Source of the DNA: Burkholderiales bacterium
GTDB taxonomy: Bacteria; Pseudomonadota; Gammaproteobacteria; Burkholderiales; Casimicrobiaceae
NCBI GenBank assembly: GCA_043777615.1
Contig: JAYWHV010000243.1
Coordinates: forward strand, 1 to 37,401
DNA: 37,401 nucleotides
Reading direction: 5' to 3'
Both the position numbers and the translations under genes were made by a program. Under the pieces are notes generated by a model. That model did not search any database, was not told where the DNA came from, and saw only the letters and a program-made list of their open reading frames with translations. Below are positions 18,403 through 27,545 of this stretch, in pieces. Position 1 is the first letter of the stretch; every line of letters begins with the position of its first letter.

Positions 18403-18627
18403 CTAGTCTGGTGCGCCGAGCACGAGCGTTACCGTGATGGGCGACGTCGTGAAGTCATAGGCTCGCTGAATCACCTTGAAAAAAACAGGTGGTTCATCCA
18501 GCGTGACGCGCATCAAATCGCCCACTTGCGGCATCGTCATGCCCTGATCCGCATTGGTAGAGAACGTGAACTCAGTGCTGTGAATGAGTTTTTGTGCGGT
18601 GGGGGTTAGGGTGAGTTTGAGTTCCAT
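18403..18627 (-). CDS. Small hypothetical protein (74 aa)
   Basis: Fills the gap between the aminotransferase and the TBDR on the same strand; RBS GGAGAGAG just upstream of ATG; protein-like composition. Confidence 0.65.
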   Translation of the reverse strand: MELKLTLTPTAQKLIHSTEFTFSTNADQGMTMPQVGDLMRVTLDEPPVFFKVIQRAYDFTTSPITVTLVLGAPD

Positions 18628-18650
18628 ATCTCTCTCCGTACAACGCGCCG

Positions 18651-20048
18651 CTAACTACGCAACCAAGTCTGTGTATCTTCCAGCGCCAAAGCAAACCGGC
18701 GCATCACCTCTGCAATCTCCGGCTCGGTGATGATCAGCGGTGGGCTGAATGCAATGATGTCGCCGCCCATAGCCCGCAGAATCAGACCGTGCTCTTGCGC
18801 GCGACGCACAAGATAAGGCCCAACGCCCCGCTTGGGGTCGAAGGGCTTGCGCAGCTTCGGGTCTTCGGCGAGTTCAACCGCGCCGATCAGACCCACGCTG
18901 CGCACATCGCCCACGAGCGGGTGCCCGGCAAATTTTTGCAGCCCGGCGGCAAACGCAGGCGCCACCGCACGAACGTGCTTCACCAAGTCGCGTTCTTCGT
19001 AAATCTTTAATGTCTCCAGCGCAATCGCACAGCCGAGCGGATGCCCCGAATAGGTGTAGCCATGGCCGAAGACTCCGACGCCTGCGCTCGCGTCGGCGCA
19101 GGCCTGATAGATCTTGCCACTCACGTAAAGCGCCGAAAACGGCACGTAAGCCGACGTGATCATTTTGGCGGTCGTGAGCATGTCGGGCTCAAGGTTGTAC
19201 GTCTGCGAGCCAAACAAATTACCGGTGCGCCCGAAGCCCGTAATGACTTCATCAGCGATAAAAAGAATCTCGTATTTTTTGAGAATGGGCTGAATTTTTT
19301 CGAAGTATGTCGGCGGCGGAATAATCACGCCGCCCGCGCCCTGCACAGGCTCCGCAATAAAACCACCGATCGTTTCAGCGCCTTCCTTGAGGATCAATGC
19401 CTCCAGCTCGTCGGCCAGACGGGTCGCGAATTGCTCCGATGACTCGCCGTCTTTTGCGAATTGATACGGATGCGGACAGCCCGTGCGCAACACGCCATCA
19501 ATCGGCAAATCAAAGTGCTGATGCATTGCCGGAATGCCTGATAACGAAGCGGTCGCAACGGTCACGCCGTGATAACCCTTGACCCGTGCGATGATCTTTT
19601 TCTTCTGCGGCTTGCCGATGGCGTTATGGTAGTAGCGCACCAGTTTGAACGCCGTGTCGTTTGCCTCCGAGCCCGAGTTGGCAAAGATCACCCGACCGTC
19701 ACGCAGCGCCTGCGTCGGGGCCAGCGAGATCAGCTTTTCGCTGACCTCTGCGACGACGTTGTGCGCCTTGCCTGAGAACGAGTGGTAGTACGGCAGCTTG
19801 TCCATCTGCCGCTTCGCCGCGTCCGCCAGACGCCGCTCGCTGAAACCGAGCGACGCGCACCACAACCCTGCCATGCCCTCGATGTAGCGCTTGCCCGTGT
19901 CGTCAATCACCTCGATGCCGTCACCCTCGACGATGATGAGCGGCGCATCCTTCTCAATCGCACGCAGGTTGGTGTAAGGATGAAAGTGATTGGCGACGTC
20001 TTTGCGGGCCAATTCGCCTGCGAGCGGGGCTGATACGGGTGCGTTCAT
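18651..20048 (-). CDS. Class III PLP aminotransferase (omega-amino acid/putrescine:pyruvate type)
   Basis: AGLWC, NSGSEAND, GYHG, FIAEPVQGAGG, IADEVITGFGRTG, PLP lysine in TAK, GHGYTYSGHP. Confidence 0.92.
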   Translation of the reverse strand: MNAPVSAPLAGELARKDVANHFHPYTNLRAIEKDAPLIIVEGDGIEVIDDTGKRYIEGMAGLWCASLGFSERRLADAAKRQMDKLPYYHSFSGKAHNVVAEVSEKLISLAPTQALRDGRVIFANSGSEANDTAFKLVRYYHNAIGKPQKKKIIARVKGYHGVTVATASLSGIPAMHQHFDLPIDGVLRTGCPHPYQFAKDGESSEQFATRLADELEALILKEGAETIGGFIAEPVQGAGGVIIPPPTYFEKIQPILKKYEILFIADEVITGFGRTGNLFGSQTYNLEPDMLTTAKMITSAYVPFSALYVSGKIYQACADASAGVGVFGHGYTYSGHPLGCAIALETLKIYEERDLVKHVRAVAPAFAAGLQKFAGHPLVGDVRSVGLIGAVELAEDPKLRKPFDPKRGVGPYLVRRAQEHGLILRAMGGDIIAFSPPLIITEPEIAEVMRRFALALEDTQTWLRS

Positions 20049-20100
20049 GGAGTTGCAATTTCACGCTGTTTGTAAGGTCTTTGCATTATCGGTGACAAGT

Positions 20101-20218
20101 ACGGCTTTTTTATGTAACCCTCATTACATTGGGGCTGCACCCGTCTTTTTATAGAAGTCGACTTTGCGCTTTTATTACGGTGAGCCCCTTACTCGTGGTA
20201 CTTCTAGCGAAAAGCCAT
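20101..20218. repeat. 118-bp dyad-symmetric element, copy B
   Basis: GGCTTTT (20103)...GGGGCT (20131)...AAGTCGACTT (20155-20164)...AGCCCC...AAAAGCC (20216); exactly symmetric about 20159/20160. Confidence 0.9.
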
Positions 20219-20328
20219 ACGGTCGTTTTCTGCAAAAATCGAGCAACATTGCCCGCCACGCCATGCGCAGTCTCCGGTCGTCGCTCAAGCCGCCTGCTGC
20301 GGTCAAATCGGTCCGCCGGGCAAGCGCC

Positions 20329-21768
20329 TTAACCTCCAACATGGATCTGCCCCCACTTCAAATTCCGCGTCATCAGCATCACACCTGCCAGCACGGCAAA
20401 CAGCAATAGCGATCCCGCCAGCAGCGCATGCTGCTCCGACTGCAGCACCAAATAGAGAACGCCGTAGAGCACCGTAAGGGCAGCCGCGGTCGGCAGGGCA
20501 CGCGCCCATCCGCCGAGCACCGCCTTGGCATAAACCACGATCAAGCCGATGCACGCGACAGCGGCCGCAAGGTAGGCTAGCGCGAACGACACATGCTCGG
20601 ACAAACTGAGCAGCAACAAAAAGAACGCTGCGAGCGCTGCGCCAATCAACAGATATTGCATCGGATGAACTGGCAGCCGCTTCAACAGTTCCAGCATGCC
20701 GATGCCGACAAAAGTCAGCGCGATGAACAGTAGTCCGTACTTCGTCGCGCGGTCAGCGAGCGAAGCGGGATTGACCGGATCAATGAATTCGACACCGAAG
20801 GATTGTAGGCAGGCACCACCCGCAGCCGTTGCGTTGGCCGTCTGGGCTTGCGGGTCCACGTACGACACGCCGCGCGCGTAGTTTTGCTCGCCGTATCCGG
20901 CGCGGCGCAGGTCGCAGAGTGCGCCACCGTTGCCCCCGATTTGTCCGCGCGCTGTTGACGCGAGCGACGACACGTTCCACGTCGCCTCGAAACCCGCGTC
21001 GCTGACCTTGCGCTCGCGAGGCAAGAAAGCGCCACTAAACGACGGGTGCGCCCAATCCGACTTGAGCGTCACCGTGTTGTCCACACCGAGCGGAATAAAA
21101 CTCAGCGATTCCACGCCGACAAGCTCAACCTCCAGCTGCAACGTGAACGGTGCCGCGCTCAAGGCTTCAACACCAGGAAGCGCTGCCTCGAAACCCGCTT
21201 TGAAAAGATCACCGCCCGAGCTTGCCTGCGCCTGCAAGGCGCCACCGGATGAGCCGATTTTTACGCTGCGAATGCCACGCAAATCGGTTACCGCAAATTC
21301 CACTTTGGGCGCATCGCATGCGACGGCGACTACCGGTGCTTTCACCGGCGGCGGCGAAAGCGCGGTCAGCGCCGTTGTGGGCCAGGCGACATCGGCCTTC
21401 GCGTCGAGGTTAAACGAGTTAACTTTGTAGAGGCCCCGATAGCGCGGCTCAATGCGGCTCGCCGCATTCCACTTCATCGTCTCGGGCAACGCTTTCAAAA
21501 CGTACTCATGTTCCGTGCGCTCTGTCGTCGTTTTTTTGTCGACCGTGACCTGTTTCTCGATGGTTTCCACGCATCGCCGCGTGAGCACGGGCCCGGCAAT
21601 GGCCTGCGGCCCGGCAAGGCTGCGGCGAATGCTCTCCGCCGCCTGCGCCCGATAGCCGATGCGCTCGGCAGCCATGCCAGAAATCATGGACAGGCCAGAA
21701 ATGAGCAACAACAAAATCGCCGCGAGCGCCGCTGCTTTTATTACGAGTGGTTTCAAAATTTTCCCCAT
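20329..21768 (-). CDS. creD: Inner membrane protein CreD
   Basis: SDWAHPSFSGAFLP, GFEATW, DRATKYGLLFI, VHPMQYLLIG, LLLSLSEH; downstream of creBC. Confidence 0.93.
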   Translation of the reverse strand: MGKILKPLVIKAAALAAILLLLISGLSMISGMAAERIGYRAQAAESIRRSLAGPQAIAGPVLTRRCVETIEKQVTVDKKTTTERTEHEYVLKALPETMKWNAASRIEPRYRGLYKVNSFNLDAKADVAWPTTALTALSPPPVKAPVVAVACDAPKVEFAVTDLRGIRSVKIGSSGGALQAQASSGGDLFKAGFEAALPGVEALSAAPFTLQLEVELVGVESLSFIPLGVDNTVTLKSDWAHPSFSGAFLPRERKVSDAGFEATWNVSSLASTARGQIGGNGGALCDLRRAGYGEQNYARGVSYVDPQAQTANATAAGGACLQSFGVEFIDPVNPASLADRATKYGLLFIALTFVGIGMLELLKRLPVHPMQYLLIGAALAAFFLLLLSLSEHVSFALAYLAAAVACIGLIVVYAKAVLGGWARALPTAAALTVLYGVLYLVLQSEQHALLAGSLLLFAVLAGVMLMTRNLKWGQIHVGG

Positions 21769-21823
21769 GAAATGACGTGAAGTCGTCAGTGTCGATCGCG
21801 TGTGTGCGGGGAAAATGAAGTTT

Positions 21824-21839
21824 GTGAAGTGAGTGTGAA
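21824..21839 (-). promoter_or_regulatory. cre-tag (CreB binding site) TTCAC-N6-TTCAC upstream of creD
   Basis: Minus strand reads TTCAC-ACTCAC-TTCAC, followed by a third TTCAT half-site at 21815-21819; matches the known CreB direct repeat and sits 55 bp upstream of the creD start. Confidence 0.85.
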
Positions 21840-21889
21840 GTTTGAGTAAACCTGGGTAAGGCGCGTATTTGGGTCGTTGCGTGCCCGCC

Positions 21890-23338
21890 CTACCTTGTCA
21901 TCGGCACGTTCATGCGAACGACGGTGGGATTTACAAAGCTCACCACAGTGAGTTTCCCACCGTGTAACTCCGCCACCTGCCGGGCGATTGCAAGACCAAG
22001 GCCGCTGCCCTTTGCCCGTGAACCTGCGGCATCTTCCGGTCGCGGTGTCGATATAAATCTTTCACCAATCCGATCACGCACATATTCGGCAAAGCCCGGC
22101 CCATGATCGATCACATCGATGTGTATTTCACCGTTCAACTCGCTCGCTTTAATCGCAACATCTGCGCCCGGCGGCGAAAAATCCATCGCATTGTCGAGCA
22201 GGTTATTAAGCGCCAACTGCAGCAATTCTGTGTCGCCACGAAGCGTCAGATCAACAGGTGAAATCGTCTGCGCGACGCGTACTTGTCGATGCTCCGCGCG
22301 GGGGTGTGAACGCGCCACGACGCCAGCAAAGAGTGCGCTGACACCGACCGAACTCACGTGCTGCGGCGCACTCAATTGCTCCAGCTTCGACAGCTCCAGC
22401 ATGCGCTCCACCGTCACATGCATGCGCTCGCTCTGCGCGACAACACTCGTCGCAAAGCGCTCACGGTCAGCCGCAGGCAGCTCCTCGCGCAACAACTCGC
22501 CCGACGCGCGAATCGCCGCCAGTGGCGATTTCAGTTCATGCGTCAATGCGCGCACCGTGCTCTCGATGTAGCGCTGGCCTTCAAGTCGTTCGCGCATCGC
22601 GGCCATCGCTTGCGCCAGCTTGCCCAGCTCACCAGGCAGCGCTGGCACGGGCGTTCGGCGCCCCGCCTCCACGGCCTCGGCATAGCGCGCCAGCCGCCGA
22701 ACCGATGCGACGATCCACAGCGTTGCTAGCACGCCAATCACGAGCGAAAGTCCCAACAGCCATGCGCCGCTCGTAAGAATCTTTAGCTCGGCGCGTTCAA
22801 TGAACGGCGCCACCGTCGAGGTGGGTTTGGCCACACTCAAGACGCCAATCGCTTTGCCATCCTTCACAATTGGCGCGGCAACGTAGAACACGGTGCCAGG
22901 GTCGTACGACTGAACATCCTTCGCTTCCTTGCTGGTTCTGGCTCCATAGCTCCCACGCAACGTCAGCAAAACATCGCGCCATTTCGAGAAATCCTGTCCG
23001 ACTGACTGGTTCTCGGAATCGAAGCGCACGATGCCGGCGTTATCGGTCACGTACACCCGAAAATCCACGCTGTTTTTTGCGAGTCCCCACACCTTCGCCT
23101 TAGGGTCGCGCTCGTTGTAGGCCTTCACGGCCCGTGAGAAATCGCCTTCGTTGATGCGTCCGTTCGCCAAGTCCGTGGTTGCGAGTTCGGCGAGCACGTT
23201 GGCCGAGTCAATCATCACCTCCTCCATGACTTCGCGCACAGAAGGTTTGATCTCGTTGACAAACACGTTGAGCACGAAGAATGCAGCCAATCCGAGAATC
23301 GCGAATACACCGAACAGCAGGCGAATACCGAGATGCAT
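21890..23338 (-). CDS. creC: Sensor histidine kinase CreC
   Basis: WRDVLLTLRGSYGAR periplasmic motif; H-box THELKSPL, N-box NLLDNA, DHGPG, GSGLGL. Confidence 0.93.
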   Translation of the reverse strand: MHLGIRLLFGVFAILGLAAFFVLNVFVNEIKPSVREVMEEVMIDSANVLAELATTDLANGRINEGDFSRAVKAYNERDPKAKVWGLAKNSVDFRVYVTDNAGIVRFDSENQSVGQDFSKWRDVLLTLRGSYGARTSKEAKDVQSYDPGTVFYVAAPIVKDGKAIGVLSVAKPTSTVAPFIERAELKILTSGAWLLGLSLVIGVLATLWIVASVRRLARYAEAVEAGRRTPVPALPGELGKLAQAMAAMRERLEGQRYIESTVRALTHELKSPLAAIRASGELLREELPAADRERFATSVVAQSERMHVTVERMLELSKLEQLSAPQHVSSVGVSALFAGVVARSHPRAEHRQVRVAQTISPVDLTLRGDTELLQLALNNLLDNAMDFSPPGADVAIKASELNGEIHIDVIDHGPGFAEYVRDRIGERFISTPRPEDAAGSRAKGSGLGLAIARQVAELHGGKLTVVSFVNPTVVRMNVPMTR

Positions 23339-23340
23339 GG

Positions 23341-24039
23341 CTAGGCTGTGCCGCCCGAAATATTGATGCTGTAGCCCAGTCCGCGATGCGTCTCAATCGG
23401 GTCGAGGTCAGGGCGAATAGCTTTCAGTTTCGCGCGCAGCGTTTTGATGTGCGTGTCGACGGTGCGATCGCCGCTCTCCGCCTCGGCGCCCCACGCGGCA
23501 TCCAGCAGCCGCTCGCGCGCGCACACCCGCTCCGGTCTCGCGAGCAGTGTCTTCAGCAGCAGATACTCACGCCGCGTCAGCGCAAGGGGCGTTCCGCTGA
23601 AGGTGATTCGCTGCGCGTCTTCGTCCACGCGTATCAGCGTCGTGGCAACCTGCGCGGGCGCAGCACTCACCCGCCGCAGCACCGAGCGAACACGCAAACT
23701 CACTTCACGCGGGCTAAACGGCTTGGTCACGTAGTCATCTGCCCCCAGTTCCAGGCCGACCACGCGATCAATTTCTTCGCTGCGTGCGGTCAGCAAAATG
23801 ATCGGCAGTGCAGATGACGAACGAACCTCACGACACAGCTCGAATCCGCTACCGTCTGGCAATCCCACATCCAGAATCATCAACGCGGGCAGGTGATCGG
23901 CAAGCTCACGCCGCGCATCCGCAATCAGACTCACATGCGTCGTCGTCATGCCATCGGTCGAGAGCGCATACGCCAACGCATCGGCGATGGCGTCTTCGTC
24001 CTCGACGATAAGGATACGAGGTTTGGGCATGGGGGTCAT
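23341..24039 (-). CDS. creB: Response regulator CreB
   Basis: ILIVEDE, LDVGLPD, KPFSPRE, DRTVDTHIKTLRAKL, THRGLGY; adjacent to creC. Confidence 0.93.
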   Translation of the reverse strand: MTPMPKPRILIVEDEDAIADALAYALSTDGMTTTHVSLIADARRELADHLPALMILDVGLPDGSGFELCREVRSSSALPIILLTARSEEIDRVVGLELGADDYVTKPFSPREVSLRVRSVLRRVSAAPAQVATTLIRVDEDAQRITFSGTPLALTRREYLLLKTLLARPERVCARERLLDAAWGAEAESGDRTVDTHIKTLRAKLKAIRPDLDPIETHRGLGYSINISGGTA

Positions 24040-24068
24040 CGCGAGCGACTAATTTTCCGGGATGCGGG

Positions 24069-25994
24069 TTAAAGGCCCGGAGCAAACTCTACCTGGTTTT
24101 TTCCTGCCTGTTTGGCTCGATATAGCGCTGCATCGGCTCTGGCCAAGGTAATTTCGAACGGTTCGCCCTCCGCTTTTCGCGTCGCACCACCAATGCTGCA
24201 TGAACCGAGGCCTGACCATTTTCCGGCTAACCCGTTGGCCACGCTTAGGCGCAAACGTTCGGCGATTTCGGCGGCGACCTTTGCATCGGTATCGAGCAGG
24301 AGGACAACAAATTCGTCGCCTCCCCAGCGACCCAGCACGTCCTGTTGACGCAAACTTGACGCGATGAGCGCAGACATTTCGCGCAGGAGAACATCGCCAT
24401 AAGCATGACCACGACTGTCGTTCACGGCTTTCAATCCATCAACATCGGCGATCAATATCGACGCCGCTTTGCCGTCAAGATTGCAGCGCTCAAACGCGGA
24501 GACGGCTTGGCTCTCGATGGCGGAGCGCGAAAGGATTCCGGTCAGGCTGTCGACCTCGGCGCGCCGCCGGAATCGCCGCGCACGGCTGAGTTGCCAGAAG
24601 GCGAAGGCGGCGGCCACGAGTGCAGAGAAAGTAACGAGCGCCACAACCAGTCGTTGCGTCAACACACGCTGTTCGGCAGCATCGAGTTGCGCCGCGCGCA
24701 GACGCGATTCCTGCTCCATCTGCTTTTCGCGCAACTCACGTTCGTTGAGCCGATACAAATCTCCCTGTGCGGCAACGACGTCGCGCAGCGTCAATCGATC
24801 ACTCTCAGTGTTCAACTGCGCAGCCTCGCGCATCGCCTGCAGCGACGCTTGCGATTGCCCCTCGCTGGCGAGCACCTCGGCTTCAGCCGTTCGCAGCAAC
24901 GCCTTCAGCCATAACTGCTGGTCGTTCGCAACCGCCGCTTTTGCGCTGTCAAGCGCCAACCGCGCCAGCCCCGGCTGACGGGCAATGGCAAGCAATCGCG
25001 CCTGCTGCAAACCGAAGCGCGCTCGCACAACCGGGTCATCAATGCGCGCGATCAGCGGTGCCGCCTTGTTGGACCACACCGTTGCCACTGCAAACTGTGA
25101 ACGCTCCATCGCGACATCCGCGCGATCCAGGGCGGCCACGGTCTGGCCCATCGGATCGGCAAACTCCAGAGCGCGCGTGTAGCTCGATTCAAGCGACGAT
25201 GCCGCTCGATCCAGTTGCCCCGCACGCGTGAAAACTCGTCCCAGCGCCAGATCCGCATAGCCCGCGAACTCCTGATTGCCCGATTGCAGCGATAACTTGA
25301 GGAGTTTTTCGCCGGCAGCGATTGCAGACTTGGCGTCGCCAACAGCACGCAGCAACTCGGCCTGTGTGTAGTAAACCCCGAGCGTCACCGACGAAATGAC
25401 ACCGGACTTCGTAGAGCGATCACCCTCAACCAGATTGACCGCTTCATTACTCATTTGCATCGCCGGCGCGAACTCATTAATTTCCTGCAGTAACGTTGCA
25501 TACGAGCTCAGCTGTCGCGCCAACGGCAACGCGCGCCCGGTTAAGCGTTGCGCCTTCAACGCGCGCACGATGCGATCACGTGCGGAACTGGAAGTTCGAT
25601 TCGACGCGAATTCCATCTGCCCTGCGAGGCCGTCAAGCGACGCCGCCATCGATGCGTCGCCCATTTTCGACGCGAGCGCAAAGGCTGCCTCGACCGCAGG
25701 CAAAGCTGAATGACTCGCGCCATACGAGTAACGCAGTTCACCAAACAAAAAAATCAACTCAGTGATGAGTTCAGGCGCATCCGCTGCGTCGAGTCGCTGA
25801 ATGGCGCTGACGAGTTCGGCGTCGAAGGTCGGGCTGCCGCGATCACTTTGCTGCTTTAACCGCGCCAGTTCGCTTTCGCTTAAACGACCTTGCGCTTGTG
25901 CAAAACTCAACGCGGTCAACGCAAAACACAGGCAGGCAAAGACGCCGACGACCCTCAAGCGTCGTCGCCTCTTGAATGAGTTTGTGAATCGCAT
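24069..25994 (-). CDS. Membrane-anchored diguanylate cyclase with a helical (TPR-like) periplasmic region
   Basis: Signal/TM segment, long Ala/Leu-rich helical region, second TM, DSLTG, DVDGLKAVND..GH..GD, RWGGDEF, ADAALYRAK. Confidence 0.88.
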   Translation of the reverse strand: MRFTNSFKRRRRLRVVGVFACLCFALTALSFAQAQGRLSESELARLKQQSDRGSPTFDAELVSAIQRLDAADAPELITELIFLFGELRYSYGASHSALPAVEAAFALASKMGDASMAASLDGLAGQMEFASNRTSSSARDRIVRALKAQRLTGRALPLARQLSSYATLLQEINEFAPAMQMSNEAVNLVEGDRSTKSGVISSVTLGVYYTQAELLRAVGDAKSAIAAGEKLLKLSLQSGNQEFAGYADLALGRVFTRAGQLDRAASSLESSYTRALEFADPMGQTVAALDRADVAMERSQFAVATVWSNKAAPLIARIDDPVVRARFGLQQARLLAIARQPGLARLALDSAKAAVANDQQLWLKALLRTAEAEVLASEGQSQASLQAMREAAQLNTESDRLTLRDVVAAQGDLYRLNERELREKQMEQESRLRAAQLDAAEQRVLTQRLVVALVTFSALVAAAFAFWQLSRARRFRRRAEVDSLTGILSRSAIESQAVSAFERCNLDGKAASILIADVDGLKAVNDSRGHAYGDVLLREMSALIASSLRQQDVLGRWGGDEFVVLLLDTDAKVAAEIAERLRLSVANGLAGKWSGLGSCSIGGATRKAEGEPFEITLARADAALYRAKQAGKNQVEFAPGL

Positions 25995-26024
25995 CGGGGC
26001 TATGTTTTCTTTACTCGCCTGCCG

Positions 26025-26786
26025 CTATCGCTGTTGCTTTTGCGCCACGCCAAGCGCGCGAGCCTGCACCACAAGCTTGTTATGCGCATCAAGGAACGCG
26101 GCGGCGATGACTTTGCCTTCGTTGGTGATGCCCCAGCCTGCCGCGCCACCGATCACCTTGCCGATTACCAGTCCGCCAACGCCGAGATCAGTCGCTCGCG
26201 CGCTTCCTGTAGCGGCGGCAAGTTGCTCGGTGGTTTCGTTATCCGTCAGAAGCAAAACGACCTGCGCTTCCTTGAATTTCACGCCGCTCGCAACGCCGGC
26301 AAAATCGCGCAATACCGGGATCATGCCAAGCAGCGCAGCAATGCCGCCGCCCGCGTTGTTTTCGCTGAACGTCAGGCTTGGCGTCAACGTCATGCGCGCA
26401 CCGATGCCCTCGCCCTTCTTCGGAACCGTCTCGGCCTTCAGGATGCCGGCATCCTTCAACTCCTGCTCCTGAATCGTGCCACGCAGGCCAGCCGCGCGAT
26501 CAACGATGCGGAAGCAGTTGCTCTGCTGCGCCATCACGCGGATGAGCGGCAGCGGCGTCGGCGGCAGCTGATAACTCGACAGGACGGTATAGCCGTTTGG
26601 GCTCTCTGCGAGCGCAATGGTCGCGATGGGTTCATTGCACGTCACCAGCTCAATCGCCGCGTCTCGGGCACCCGCAGGCCCGGCAGAACCGGACACTTTG
26701 CTGCCGCCTTCGCCAAGATCAGTCTGTCGACAGGCCGACAGACTGACAAGGATTGCGAGCAGGATCAGAACAATTACGCGGGTCAT
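26025..26786 (-). CDS. CsgG/HfaB-family lipoprotein
   Basis: Lipobox LSA-C after a hydrophobic signal; LIRVMAQQSNCFRIVDR and EGKVIAAAFLDAHNKLV resemble stand-alone CsgG-like proteins. Confidence 0.75.
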   Translation of the reverse strand: MTRVIVLILLAILVSLSACRQTDLGEGGSKVSGSAGPAGARDAAIELVTCNEPIATIALAESPNGYTVLSSYQLPPTPLPLIRVMAQQSNCFRIVDRAAGLRGTIQEQELKDAGILKAETVPKKGEGIGARMTLTPSLTFSENNAGGGIAALLGMIPVLRDFAGVASGVKFKEAQVVLLLTDNETTEQLAAATGSARATDLGVGGLVIGKVIGGAAGWGITNEGKVIAAAFLDAHNKLVVQARALGVAQKQQR

Positions 26787-26883
26787 ATCGGCATAGAGAT
26801 TACGATTGCTACACATTTAACCTGATTGTTGCAGCGCGGGACTGTTGCCCGCATATCCAACAGTCAATCGGAAAGCCAATGTC

Positions 26884-27525
26884 ATGCTGAAACTCTGGGG
26901 CCGCAAGAATTCATCCAACGTCAAAAAGGTGATGTGGGCCTGCGCTGAACTCGGCGTGCCTTACGCACGCATCGACGCCGGTCTTCATTTCGGCATCACA
27001 ACGACCGACGAATTCCGCGAAAAAAATCCCAACGGCATGATTCCGGTGATCGACGACGACGGATTTATTCTGTGGGAATCGAACGCCATCCTGCGCTACC
27101 TGTGCAACAAGCATCCGAAGGCGCCGTTCTGGCCAGACAACCCGCAAACCCGCGCGTCCGCCGACCGCTGGATGGACTGGCAATGCACCACGCTCGGGCC
27201 TCCGATCGGCCCGGCGTTCATGCAACTGGTGCGCGCGCCGCAAGCCGAATGGGACATGAAATTGATCTCCACCAACATTCCCAAAGCTGCGCAAATCTGG
27301 AAGATTGCCGACTGGCAACTCGGCAAGACGAAATGGCTGTCAGGCGACGATTTCACCGTTGGCGACATCCCCGCCGCAATCCTTGCCTACACATGGTTTG
27401 AAATGCCACTGGCAAAAGCCGGGCTCGAGCAGCATCGGGTGCCGATGGAGAACGTTGACCGCTGGTACGCGCAGTTGAACGCGATGCCGAATTTCCGCGA
27501 GATTGTGGCGATTGGGTTGACCTGA
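26884..27525 (+). CDS. Glutathione S-transferase (GstB/YliJ-like)
   Basis: MLKLWGRKNSSNVKKVMW, NPNGMIP, LWESNAILRYL, DRWMDWQ, FTVGDI. Confidence 0.9.
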   Translation: MLKLWGRKNSSNVKKVMWACAELGVPYARIDAGLHFGITTTDEFREKNPNGMIPVIDDDGFILWESNAILRYLCNKHPKAPFWPDNPQTRASADRWMDWQCTTLGPPIGPAFMQLVRAPQAEWDMKLISTNIPKAAQIWKIADWQLGKTKWLSGDDFTVGDIPAAILAYTWFEMPLAKAGLEQHRVPMENVDRWYAQLNAMPNFREIVAIGLT

Positions 27526-27545
27526 CCGGGACACCGGGACGACCT

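Noticed and set aside
20129-20409. Short ORFs 20129-20332, 20164-20409, 4861-5265 and 4865-5146 overlapping the 118-bp elements
   Set aside because: No shared reading frame or peptide among the three copies, so the conservation is not protein-coding.
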